Source: a virus
Taxonomy: Duplodnaviria > Caudoviricetes
Length of the DNA stretch: 64,000 bases
Reading direction: 5' to 3' (one strand)
Virus record (IMG/VR): IMGVR_UViG_3300018080_000179
Span: 1,122 to 65,121 of that record
Part shown: one piece after another, positions 1 through 7,957 of the stretch
Position numbering within the stretch: position 1 is the first letter of the stretch
How the letters are laid out: every line of letters starts with the position of its first letter
Translations under genes and position numbers: made by a program
The notes under the pieces: generated by a model
Databases searched by the model: none
What the model saw: the letters and a program-made list of their open reading frames with translations, nothing else
Told to the model about the DNA's origin: nothing

Positions 1-2
1 AC

Positions 3-74
3 GATGCCGTGAAGGCACTGGTTGACTTCATATTCAAAAACGGCGTCCCTGATCTGGAGGCCGAGGCCGCCTAG
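3..74 (+). CDS. 3' end of a hypothetical protein (truncated by window start)
   Basis: Open frame from nt 3 (DAVKALVDFIFKNGVPDLEAEAA) ending TAG at 72-74; the stop overlaps the stop of the convergent minus-strand gene at CTAG. Confidence 0.5.
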   Translation, partial: DAVKALVDFIFKNGVPDLEAEAA

Positions 75-271
75 CCGGTCTTCATCAGTTTTTCAGCATA
101 AAGAACTGCCAGGGCAAGCTGAACCAAGCCTGTCAGTTCACCTTCGGAAAGTGTGTTCATTGGAGACTTGAAGAACTTTTGAAGCTCGCCAGTGGACGTA
201 TTCAGCATCACACCGTTTGGAAGCTCCGCGTTCACAGCCTTGTTTGATTTCGGAAAAGGGATAATTTTCAT
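71..271 (-). CDS. small hypothetical protein (66 aa, MKIIPFPK...); only convincing minus-strand gene
   Basis: ATG at 271 preceded on the minus strand by GGGAGGG (SD) and an extended -10-like TGcTACAAC; the longer ORF-track start at 364 lacks an SD. Confidence 0.6.
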   Translation of the reverse strand: MKIIPFPKSNKAVNAELPNGVMLNTSTGELQKFFKSPMNTLSEGELTGLVQLALAVLYAEKLMKTG

Positions 272-348
272 ATTGCCCTCCCTTCTAATGTTGTAGCATA
301 TATGCTGTTTGTGGTGAAGAGGCTGACATTTACCAGCGGAGTGAGCAA

Positions 349-624
349 ATGGATTCGAAGGCAATCAAGGCGCGGCTTCTGGATGCTGTCGAGAACCAGT
401 GCGGACTATTGGTGGACAGTCTGGAGCGTCTGGAAATAGAAATAAAGGTAACGACGGCTGTGATCGTAATAACCCTCAAACCCTTCAGGGCCGAGGAAGA
501 CGACGAGAATGACGTAGGAAAGATCATAGGCCGGGGCGGGCGGAACATTGACGCCATGAGAACCCTTCTGGGGGCCTTTACAAACCGCTACGGATATCGG
601 GTACATGTGGAAGTTGTTGATTAG
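349..624 (+). CDS. khpA: KH-domain RNA-binding protein, KhpA/YlqC-like
   Basis: 91-aa single-domain protein with DVGKIIGRGGRNIDAMRTLL (GxxG KH loop) and a C-terminal VHVEVVD strand, typical of KhpA. Confidence 0.85.
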   Translation: MDSKAIKARLLDAVENQCGLLVDSLERLEIEIKVTTAVIVITLKPFRAEEDDENDVGKIIGRGGRNIDAMRTLLGAFTNRYGYRVHVEVVD

Positions 625-919
625 AAGCTGGTAGGAATCTGGTAGGATCCTGGTAAAAATGGATTTCTGGTGGATTTCTGGTTGAACTTCTTCTGGTGGA
701 TTTTCTGTGGATATTCAGGGACTTCTGGTGGATCTTTTTCTGGTGGATTTTTCTGGTTGACTGGTTGGGATCCCAATAGAAAGCTGGTAATAATTACTTC
801 CACAATATCAGTGGCTTGGCGCAGTAGGATCCTGGTAGAAAGCTGGTAGAAAGCTGGTAGAAAGCTGGTAGAAAGCTGGTAGAAAGCTGGTAGAAAGCTG
901 GTAGAAAGCTGGTAATAAT
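622..919 (+). repeat. 11-bp tandem array (CTGGTAGAAAG) x7 perfect at 832-908, with degenerate CTGGT-core copies from 622
   Basis: Counted directly: seven perfect units at 832-908 plus a partial to 914; the 18-mer TAGAAAGCTGGTAATAAT occurs at 777-794 and 902-919; intergenic. Confidence 0.95.
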
Positions 920-1016
920 CAGCCGGTTTCGGCAAGGCATGTAATATCAGGCACTTAGCGGGATTTTAATTACCCCCCTCCATTCTTCAAACAAAACACC
1001 CATTTACAAGTTTTCC

Positions 1017-1044
1017 TCAAGTTTTTCGGCGGATTAGCCGTATA
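1017..1044 (+). promoter_or_regulatory. possible sigma28/FliA-like promoter (TCAAGTTT-N12-GCCGTATA)
   Basis: Resembles the extended sigma28 consensus TAAAGTTT-N11-GCCGATAA; lies just upstream of the operon starting at 1080. Confidence 0.3.
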
Positions 1045-1079
1045 GAGGGTTGTAAGTTATGAAACACGGGAGGGAAACC

Positions 1080-1328
1080 ATGGCTAATATGTATGGACAG
1101 TATCAAAAGCACAAGGAGCGTATCATAGACGGCCTGGAAGAGGAGAAGGCCGAGCTTGAGCTTGAATTGGAAGGGCTGGAGGATGGCGACCCGGAAATAG
1201 ACAGGCTGATAGCCGAGAAGGCGCGGGTGGAGCGGGAACTGATCGAGGCTGAAAGCTACGGCTACGGGGACTATCAGGCTGAATATGGGGATTATCTTTA
1301 CGACCAGATGAAGGACGAAGGTTACTAA
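1080..1328 (+). CDS. acidic coiled-coil hypothetical protein
   Basis: ATG 1080 follows the SD GGGAGGG; Glu/Asp-rich; ends in a phage-typical GDYLYDQMKDE tail. Confidence 0.75.
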   Translation: MANMYGQYQKHKERIIDGLEEEKAELELELEGLEDGDPEIDRLIAEKARVERELIEAESYGYGDYQAEYGDYLYDQMKDEGY

Positions 1329-1346
1329 TAAACAAGGGAGGTCAGG

Positions 1347-1643
1347 ATGGAAATCAAAACCACAACAACGGTCGAGTTGGAAGTGGAGGTAACGGGAAGC
1401 CCGGTGCCTTACTCGCCACCAACATTTGACGACCCAGGCGATGGCGGCTACGCGGAAGACATTTGTGTCTACCTGGTCCGCAAGGTGAAGGACAAGGACG
1501 GCAATGAAACAGAGATCAGAATTGATGTTACCGAGTTTTGCGACACTGATCCGGACAGTGCGCTGAGTGACGATCTGATGAATGCGGTCGAAGAGAAATG
1601 CGAGAAGGATTACGGGGACGGTTGCGACCCCAGATTACTTTAA
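1347..1643 (+). CDS. acidic hypothetical phage protein
   Basis: Strong SD GGGAGG before the ATG; 98-aa ORF within the operon. Confidence 0.75.
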   Translation: MEIKTTTTVELEVEVTGSPVPYSPPTFDDPGDGGYAEDICVYLVRKVKDKDGNETEIRIDVTEFCDTDPDSALSDDLMNAVEEKCEKDYGDGCDPRLL

Positions 1644-1657
1644 AAAAGGAGGTCAGG

Positions 1658-2587
1658 ATGAAACGACGGGGATCATTGGTATGGTGGGCGGTGGGGGACC
1701 GCTTCCAGACTACAAAACAGCGTCTTCAGGAGCTTGGCTTCGAAGACATAACCCCTGCAAACGATTTCAGGACATCGCTGATCAAGGCGGTCAAGAAGGT
1801 CAAGAAGGACATGGGCCTGGACCACGGGCTCACGGGCTTTCCAAAGGCCAACACCCAGCATCACAGGTACCTTGACACACCGGAGCGCTGTGAAATCTGC
1901 ATTTACAAGCCTACCGTGGTTGATGGTGAGCCTTATTATGTCAAACTTTGCAAATGCATCCTGGACAAGGATAGCGGGCATTTGGATGTGGATGTGCTGG
2001 ACATAGCCTTTGCACACCGGGTAGACGCGCTTCGAAATGAATACCGCATCCAGCGCGAGGCCATCGACGCGGTTCAGTTTCGGCTTCTGGTCAAAAAGCT
2101 GATAGTGGGGACCGGACAGATGAGTTGCAATGGAATCTCGATGAGACCGGTTTCGGGCGGTGTTTACTATGTGGACGCACGGTTTGACGACAGGTTCAAC
2201 GCGGTGAGAGAGCTCTTCAGAAACATAGACACGGCGGGTGGTTACTGCAGGCTTGATTCGGTACCCATCTTCAATACCACAGAGACGGCGGAGGCGCTCG
2301 AGTATGCCACGACCATCGAGATCAAAAACGCCATTACCAAGTTTGAGGAGAAGCTGGCGGCGGAGGTGAAGAAGGGAATGTCACCGAAGAGGCTCGCGGG
2401 CAGGAAGCGTGAGGCGGAGGGGTTGATAAGCAGGATCAGAACCCACAGCGAGAACCTCACGGCTTCAGCGGAGGCCTTCAACGCCACGACCGAGAACTAT
2501 ATAAAAGTAATGAACGACCGGATTGTAGCGGCAGCCGGGAAGACGGTTGAGCCCTTTGATCTGGGACAGGCGATAGCCGATTTATAG
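1658..2587 (+). CDS. hypothetical protein, DUF6744/DUF3150-like
   Basis: ATG 1658 after AAGGAGG; N-terminal GSLVWW, internal SMRPVSGGVYYV and a coiled-coil C-terminus resemble this phage family. Confidence 0.65.
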   Translation: MKRRGSLVWWAVGDRFQTTKQRLQELGFEDITPANDFRTSLIKAVKKVKKDMGLDHGLTGFPKANTQHHRYLDTPERCEICIYKPTVVDGEPYYVKLCKCILDKDSGHLDVDVLDIAFAHRVDALRNEYRIQREAIDAVQFRLLVKKLIVGTGQMSCNGISMRPVSGGVYYVDARFDDRFNAVRELFRNIDTAGGYCRLDSVPIFNTTETAEALEYATTIEIKNAITKFEEKLAAEVKKGMSPKRLAGRKREAEGLISRIRTHSENLTASAEAFNATTENYIKVMNDRIVAAAGKTVEPFDLGQAIADL

Positions 2588-2629
2588 AACCCCCCCATTA
2601 GGGGCGGTTTGTGTTGATAATTGCCTTGT

Positions 2630-2663
2630 GATACCGCTTGCTTGCAGGCGGTATCTTTTTTTT
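2630..2663 (+). terminator. rho-independent terminator
   Basis: 11-bp stem GATACCGCTTG/CAGGCGGTATC with a 4-nt loop, followed by T8. Confidence 0.85.
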
Positions 2664-2726
2664 GGTTGATTTCATCTTGCCGAAACGCTAAGTCAAGCAT
2701 CCCTTAACAACCTGGAGAATAAGACA

Positions 2727-3149
2727 ATGGATCTTAACCGAAGCGAAGTGATAGAACGCCTGAAGGGCCTGAATTACAAGGCACCCGACCAGGCCTTCAA
2801 TCGCTACATGAAGTTTGATGAGTTCAAGGCTGAAGAGGTGGATGACGACATCCTGATATCGGAGGAGAACCTTTTCAAGTTTCTGCAGAACCACAGCAAG
2901 AAGACGATCACGAAGACAACGTTTTATGCGAACAGGGTGACGATCCCGAAAAACAAGCCGTCAGAGGATGTGAATGACAACGAGCGCATAATAAACGGCC
3001 TTGAGCCGGAGGTGAGGGCCTTCCTGGTGGACAAGGCAAAAGCCCACCAGACCACCATTTACAAGGTGATAGCCGACTACGTAAATACATCGGTGCAGAA
3101 CAAATTCAGGGAAGCGAGACTGGAAATACTCCTTGACGGTGTTGGCTGA
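2727..3149 (+). CDS. putative DNA-binding protein (excisionase-like N-terminus, RHH-like C-terminus)
   Basis: SD GGAG; N-terminal LNRSEVIERL...ILISEENLFKFL; C-terminal NGLEPEVRAFLVDKAKAHQTTIYKVIADYV. Confidence 0.55.
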   Translation: MDLNRSEVIERLKGLNYKAPDQAFNRYMKFDEFKAEEVDDDILISEENLFKFLQNHSKKTITKTTFYANRVTIPKNKPSEDVNDNERIINGLEPEVRAFLVDKAKAHQTTIYKVIADYVNTSVQNKFREARLEILLDGVG

Positions 3150-3183
3150 TGAAAATCCGGAGGATACATGATACATTTGATAC

Positions 3184-3387
3184 ATGGACAAACCACTGGT
3201 CAGGGTCAAGAGGTGCTTCAAGCACGGAAGACAGGGTCACGTCCACCTTCCGAAGCTGAATCTGGACGTCTGTCCGCTGTGTGTACGCATGGGATGGTTT
3301 CATCCGATGGTAAGGAAGGAGTACACGCGGCTGATGCGGAAGGAAAGCAAGAGCTTCTTCGCGGACAACTCGCCTGGCAACACCTAG
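3184..3387 (+). CDS. small basic Cys/His (possible Zn-binding) protein
   Basis: CFKHG...CPLC pattern; competes with the overlapping 3168-3500 frame. Confidence 0.4.
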   Translation: MDKPLVRVKRCFKHGRQGHVHLPKLNLDVCPLCVRMGWFHPMVRKEYTRLMRKESKSFFADNSPGNT

Positions 3388-3496
3388 CCATACATCATCA
3401 GGAATGCATACCGGACGCCATCCAGCACGGGGATGAGAGCCTGTGGGACTGTCATCCGGACTGTCCGTTTTACCGTGACTTTTCAAGGGAGGAGAC

Positions 3497-3784
3497 ATGA
3501 AGGGCTTTTCAGCAAGGCTTCGAAGGATAGTGAAGGAGTCGGGAATGAAGCAGGGAACCTTCGCCCAACGCATTGGCGTGAGCGAGGCGGCTGTTTCACA
3601 GTTTCTGGCGGGAACCAGATGCCCGAACTCGGACACGGTGGTCAGGATCTGCAGGGCGATGGACATATCGGCTGACTGGCTTCTGATGGGTGGAGAGCGC
3701 CAGAGGAGCGTGGACCGTATAATGATGCAAAAGAAGGCCATAGTGAAATCAGCACGCACAATGATCAGGGAGCTTACGGCATGA
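3497..3784 (+). CDS. XRE/Cro-CI family helix-turn-helix transcriptional regulator
   Basis: MKQGTFAQRIGVSEAAVSQFLAGTRCPNSDTVVRICRAMDISADWLL is a classic HTH_3 pattern; SD GGAGG. Confidence 0.9.
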   Translation: MKGFSARLRRIVKESGMKQGTFAQRIGVSEAAVSQFLAGTRCPNSDTVVRICRAMDISADWLLMGGERQRSVDRIMMQKKAIVKSARTMIRELTA

Positions 3785-3954
3785 CAGAAACGACTGAGGC
3801 GGTTTGCCACATCTGCAATTGTTTTGAGCACTGCCTGATAGTCCCGTTCGGGCCGGACCCGACTGACGCCATAAACATCTGTGATGAATGCATGGATTTC
3901 ATCCGGGAGGCAGACAAGGGCTCAGTTGCGGCACCGCAACCGGCAAAGCCATGA
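3781..3954 (+). CDS. small zinc-finger-like protein (57 aa; not in ORF track)
   Basis: Translated by hand: MTETTEAVCHICNCFEHC...ICDEC...; ATGA overlap with the upstream gene. Confidence 0.6.
   Translation: MTETTEAVCHICNCFEHCLIVPFGPDPTDAINICDECMDFIREADKGSVAAPQPAKP
3925..3940. promoter_or_regulatory. 16-bp palindrome GTTGCGG-NN-CCGCAAC (copy 1 of 3)
   Basis: Perfect 7-2-7 inverted repeat; further copies at 9818-9833 and 26319-26334. Confidence 0.5.
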
Positions 3955-3971
3955 GGTACAGGAGGTTCAAA

Positions 3972-4199
3972 ATGGGTAGACACAGGAAAAAGGTCCAGGT
4001 GGATCTGGAGCAGGCAAAAAGGCTGTACTGGGGGGACAAGCTCTCGCTCACGGACACATCCAGAAGGATGGGGTGCTCGCCGGAGATCCTGAGAATAAGA
4101 ATGATTGAAAAAGGCATACCGCTCCGCACGCGGCTTGAGGGCTTCCACCTTCGGTACAAGAAGGACAAGGACGAGGCGATGGCCCATGCCGAATGTTGA
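3972..4199 (+). CDS. small HTH-like DNA-binding protein
   Basis: ATG after AGGAGG; RLYWGDKLSLTDTSRRMGCSPEILRIRMIEKGIPLR HTH pattern. Confidence 0.65.
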   Translation: MGRHRKKVQVDLEQAKRLYWGDKLSLTDTSRRMGCSPEILRIRMIEKGIPLRTRLEGFHLRYKKDKDEAMAHAEC

Positions 4200-4927
4200 G
4201 GATTGTAATGGGAAGCATTGGAGGACAAGGCATGACCGGAACCTTTAAGTCCGCAGATGGAAAGAGGGACATCCCCTGCCAGTCGGAGGAGATGGTGCGG
4301 GCCTTCTGCCTTCGTCATGGGGTCGACATTGAAATGAAGTGCCGGAGGTGCTCCACGACGGTCAAGCACAAGGCCATCGGTTTCGAGAAGACGAAGGACC
4401 ATGCGATCATCCATCACGACAAGTGCCCGGACGGGGAGGGAAGTGGAGCCACGTTCATCCCGCTGTCGAAAAAGGAAAGGGAGAAGTGGAACGACATCTA
4501 TTGGGGGCTCATTGGAAAGCTCGACGGCTACGACCCCGAATTCAGAACCCCGCCGATAGAGACACACCTGACAGAAGACGACTTTCTCTATTTCGGTCCC
4601 GACGAGCCCTACGCCGTGATGTACCCAGGGGTGTGCGACATGAAGACACTCCTCGCGGTGGCCAATATCGGCTGGCACGACCCGAAGCATCCTGAAGAGG
4701 ATCCATACACCGAGGCCAGTGCCCGCTATGTCTATGCGAGGGAGAAGCCGGACGGCCAGTGGGATCTGAACATATCACCACGGAACGAGGGAGCACGGCT
4801 TGTAACCCTGGTCTGGTGGGACGAGTCGGAGATAACGAAGCAGGGCTGGGTGGAGCCGCAGACAACTTCCCCACGTACCGGAAAAAAGAAAACACCTGAT
4901 GACAACCCCCACCTGAAATCCGTATAG
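4193..4927 (+). CDS. hypothetical protein with a Cys/His cluster
   Basis: 244-aa ORF (start may be the ATG at 4232); CRRC...HHDKC motif. Confidence 0.6.
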   Translation: MLRIVMGSIGGQGMTGTFKSADGKRDIPCQSEEMVRAFCLRHGVDIEMKCRRCSTTVKHKAIGFEKTKDHAIIHHDKCPDGEGSGATFIPLSKKEREKWNDIYWGLIGKLDGYDPEFRTPPIETHLTEDDFLYFGPDEPYAVMYPGVCDMKTLLAVANIGWHDPKHPEEDPYTEASARYVYAREKPDGQWDLNISPRNEGARLVTLVWWDESEITKQGWVEPQTTSPRTGKKKTPDDNPHLKSV

Positions 4928-5100
4928 TGAAGACATGAACTACCGGCCCCTTCTTGTTTGGAAGCCACAAGGGACGACCGGAATCCAAAAACGCGGAGTA
5001 TCACTTCAAATGCACGCGGGAACATCACACTGAAAGGAGTCGCCATGAGATAAGCTACAGGTGGAATAAAATCTACATCAGGATTAGTAAAAGTGAAAGC

Positions 5101-5140
5101 GAAGGGCCGGTAACATTCAGACGTGCGACCGGCCCTTTTC
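5101..5140 (+). terminator. terminator-like hairpin
   Basis: AAGGGCCGGT...ACCGGCCCTT stem followed by a short T run. Confidence 0.55.
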
Positions 5141-5255
5141 AATTGTGAAAAATGGAGAAAAATGGAGAAAGCCATTGTCGCGGGAACACACGTTCGGATA
5201 TGCTTGTCCAGGGAAGGGACGTTTTTAAGCTGTAATACAATTCGGGAGGGGTATT

Positions 5256-5975
5256 TTGGCGAAGAAGAGAAAGTACAGGTTTGTACGCAAGGAGAAGGTG
5301 AAGAGTCCCAGGGAGAAGACCCGTGTAAGGAAGGCCACGCCTAGTGCGGCCAAGATAGAGAAGCTTGTGGTTGACTGGAGCATTGCCAATCCGAGGAACC
5401 TGGGGATAGGCCGGTTTCTGAAGGAGCGCGGATATTCAAAAAAGCAGATAGACGACATATTTGTACTTGTCCCAGCCCCGGACTGGCATGAGCGGGCGCA
5501 CCACATCAAGGACGGCTACACGCGGGAGATAGTGAAGAGCCAGCTTGATTTCGTGGCTGAACTGAATGATCAGCTAATCAAGGCTGGGAAGCTGGGGATG
5601 GCCAAGGCGCTGGAGATGATGACGAAGCTGGAGGTGGGCACATACCGGGATGAGGCCGGAAAGCTGGTGTTCGGCCAGTTTAGGCCCTCAGACCTGAAGT
5701 CCTGCATGGACTCTCTGACGGCTGCCATGAAGATCATGAGGACATCCCTTGGGCTTCCATCGGATGAGGGGGCCATCCATGTGTGGCAGCAGCTTAACCT
5801 GAATCCGGCAAACGGGCAGAAGGTGGAGGAGAAGGAAGAGGGGCCTGATCCTGTGGCCGAGCTTGAGAAGACAATAACGTATGATGAGTTGACCATGATC
5901 ATCACCCACATGAGGGAGATGAGGCAGAAGGCGATAGAAAGCGGTGATGTAATTGAAATGGAGAAGACGGCATGA
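5256..5975 (+). CDS. probable terminase small subunit
   Basis: TTG start after GGAGGGG; basic N-terminus, helical core, SLGLP...QQLNLN and TYDEL C-terminal pattern seen in TerS-like proteins. Assignment is by pattern only. Confidence 0.45.
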   Translation: MAKKRKYRFVRKEKVKSPREKTRVRKATPSAAKIEKLVVDWSIANPRNLGIGRFLKERGYSKKQIDDIFVLVPAPDWHERAHHIKDGYTREIVKSQLDFVAELNDQLIKAGKLGMAKALEMMTKLEVGTYRDEAGKLVFGQFRPSDLKSCMDSLTAAMKIMRTSLGLPSDEGAIHVWQQLNLNPANGQKVEEKEEGPDPVAELEKTITYDELTMIITHMREMRQKAIESGDVIEMEKTA

Positions 5976-6421
5976 TATCCACCACACTTTACAACGCGGA
6001 CGACCAGAGCAAAAAGGAAGCGAAGAAACTTAAAGGCCCCGTGCTCAACACGGGATCGAAACCAGACAAGACCGGCGACATTATATTGTCGGAGGCTGTG
6101 AACTTCCCAGCCGAAGGCGTCCCCGTGACTCGGGAGTTTGGTCCCAAGGGGCCAACCGTTGAAAACACAATGGGGCACGCGATACTTCATCAGAACAAGG
6201 GATACTCTCCTGCAGGCGTTCTGGCACGGGTGGAACTCAATGAGCCAATGGACAGGGAGCTTCTCAAGAAGCTTTATCCGGCTGTGGGCGGGAAGATTCT
6301 CAGAACCCACGGTGACAAGGATGGAAACAGGGTGATAAGAAAAATGGAGATCACCCACCTCGCGCTTTGCGTGAGTCCGAACGTGGACCCCGACATCAAG
6401 CCACTGGAGGTAGTTGAATAA
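5972..6421 (+). CDS. HK97-type prohead-protease-like protein, apparently lacking the catalytic Ser/His
   Basis: PDKTGDII...VPVTREF...GHA...LYPAVGGKILR...NRVIRKMEITHLALCVSPNVD aligns by eye with the protease at 32383. Confidence 0.55.
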   Translation: MISTTLYNADDQSKKEAKKLKGPVLNTGSKPDKTGDIILSEAVNFPAEGVPVTREFGPKGPTVENTMGHAILHQNKGYSPAGVLARVELNEPMDRELLKKLYPAVGGKILRTHGDKDGNRVIRKMEITHLALCVSPNVDPDIKPLEVVE

Positions 6422-6711
6422 TGTTTGAAGACTTCTTATCGACTGAAGCGGACAAGATGGACAAGTGGGCGAAGAGCTTGAGAATCCTGATAGCCAAGGC
6501 GAAGGAATATGAAAATCTGAAAACCCTTCTGAACGTGGCGGTAGAGAAATGTGAGACGGACGGCAAGTTCAAGGACACCCATAGAATTGTATTAACCCTG
6601 AAGCCCGGTGTTCACCTTGACACTGAGTCGGCCCTCAAGGCCGCCGATGCGAGGATAGAGGAGGCCGGAAAGAATCCTGACCCAAAGGAGGTGTGCGGTG
6701 ACGGAAAATGA
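6421..6711 (+). CDS. hypothetical protein
   Basis: SD GGAGG; TAATG overlap with the upstream gene. Confidence 0.7.
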   Translation: MFEDFLSTEADKMDKWAKSLRILIAKAKEYENLKTLLNVAVEKCETDGKFKDTHRIVLTLKPGVHLDTESALKAADARIEEAGKNPDPKEVCGDGK

Positions 6712-7015
6712 AGCCATTGAGAAATTAAGGAAAATGGACATCAGGCTGGAGGCCGTGAAGCCGGGTGACATCGTGGTGCTGAAGCACGCGGGAGAACCAT
6801 GCGAGACCATGCTGGAGCACCTTAAGGTGTTTAGTGATCAGACGGAGGTGCGGTTTCTGCTGATAGGCCGCGACATCGACGAAATGATGGTTGTTGAAAA
6901 GGTGATGGAGGTGGACACCCGCAAGAGCCTTGATGCCATAAACAAGCGGATAGATGATCAGCAGGACAGGATAAACAGGCTTGTTGAAACAATAAGGGGG
7001 GCGAAGATTTCATAA
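6698..7015 (+). CDS. hypothetical protein with a C-terminal coiled coil
   Basis: GTG start after AAGGAGG. Confidence 0.7.
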   Translation: MTENEAIEKLRKMDIRLEAVKPGDIVVLKHAGEPCETMLEHLKVFSDQTEVRFLLIGRDIDEMMVVEKVMEVDTRKSLDAINKRIDDQQDRINRLVETIRGAKIS

Positions 7016-7203
7016 TGCTGGACAGAACCGACAAGCTGGCGATCATATTCATTCTGATACTCGCGGTTGCGGTGGGTACGGTATCCTGGACGCTGGCAAA
7101 CATGATTGAAAGGGCCTGTCCCAAGGGCCTGGCGCATTGCGTGGGACAGGCAACGGCAGAAATGGAAAAGGGATTCAAGGAGGGTCGCGGTGCAAACGAT
7201 TAG
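7015..7203 (+). CDS. small membrane protein
   Basis: One hydrophobic segment LAIIFILILAVAVGTVSW; TAATG coupling. Confidence 0.7.
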   Translation: MLDRTDKLAIIFILILAVAVGTVSWTLANMIERACPKGLAHCVGQATAEMEKGFKEGRGAND

Positions 7204-7366
7204 ATTTACTGCAAACTGGATCGTGCTGCTTACCTGCTGGCTGTGGGGAGCGCCCTATGTGGTATTCGTGACCATGCGGTTTGTCTTCAAGACCCCAGGG
7301 TCGGCAGGTGATGCCGTGTACAAGAAGAACATGCTGACAGGCCGCGTATGGTGGTGGGAAGAATGA
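7190..7366 (+). CDS. small membrane protein
   Basis: GTG 7190 after AGGAGG; hydrophobic segment NWIVLLTCWLWGAPYVVFV. Confidence 0.6.
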   Translation: MQTIRFTANWIVLLTCWLWGAPYVVFVTMRFVFKTPGSAGDAVYKKNMLTGRVWWWEE

Positions 7367-7617
7367 CAGGCCCCGGAAAAGGACTACAGCCTGAAGGAAT
7401 CCAGCCCGGAGTATGGAGATATGAAGGAAAGATCCACCCCACAAACAAGTGCTCCACGACCGGTTGCTATCGTGCCGGTGAGCACAGGTTCCGCAACACC
7501 AAGTCCTTCAACGACTTCAAGTGGAAGACGCTGCGGACACATACGTTCTGTCCCCGCTGTGTGGACAGGATGAACAAATTTCTAAGGAAACAGATACCGG
7601 GCCGCTCTGCTGAGTAA
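7363..7617 (+). CDS. hypothetical zinc-binding protein
   Basis: ATGA overlap; CSTTGC...FCPRC. Confidence 0.6.
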   Translation: MTGPGKGLQPEGIQPGVWRYEGKIHPTNKCSTTGCYRAGEHRFRNTKSFNDFKWKTLRTHTFCPRCVDRMNKFLRKQIPGRSAE

Positions 7618-7664
7618 TACCCCGCCTGATCAGCGGGGAGCCCGGATCACAATCGGAGGCAGAC

Positions 7665-7850
7665 ATGAAGGAGCAGAAGGTAGTGACACGCGGGCACCAG
7701 CCCGTATTCCACACAATAGTAGGGAAGACGAAACGTGAGGATTTTGCTATTCAGATCCTTTCGGCCCTTGTAAGATTTCAGGGTCCGACCGCTTCCTGTG
7801 AAACGGCTGTGAAGAAGGCCGACGAGCTTATAAAGGAACTCAACAAGTGA
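7665..7850 (+). CDS. hypothetical phage protein
   Basis: SD GGAGG; TKREDFA...AVKKADELIKEL is a recurrent small phage-protein pattern. Confidence 0.7.
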   Translation: MKEQKVVTRGHQPVFHTIVGKTKREDFAIQILSALVRFQGPTASCETAVKKADELIKELNK

Positions 7851-7957
7851 ATCTGATCCAGATAATAGCGGTGGTCGTCGTTGTGGCGGTTGTGGTGGCT
7901 TTTCTCCTTGGCGTTTACTCCTTTGTCAAAACGCTTGCCAGAGAGGAACTGGACTGA
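7847..7957 (+). CDS. tiny membrane peptide (36 aa; not in ORF track)
   Basis: GTGA overlap upstream and TGATG downstream; IIAVVVVVAVVVAFLLGVYSF. Confidence 0.55.
   Translation: MNLIQIIAVVVVVAVVVAFLLGVYSFVKTLAREELD

Noticed and set aside
832-914. Possible CRISPR array
   Set aside because: The units are 11 bp and contiguous with no spacers, and there are no cas genes in the window.
621-935. Minus-strand ORF with FYQLSTSFLPA repeats
   Set aside because: Translation artefact of the 11-bp DNA repeat; no SD or credible start.
3168-3500. Alternative 110-aa ORF overlapping 3184-3387
   Set aside because: The real frame cannot be decided; this one also has an SD, but only its last ~35 aa look protein-like. 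Left uncalled.
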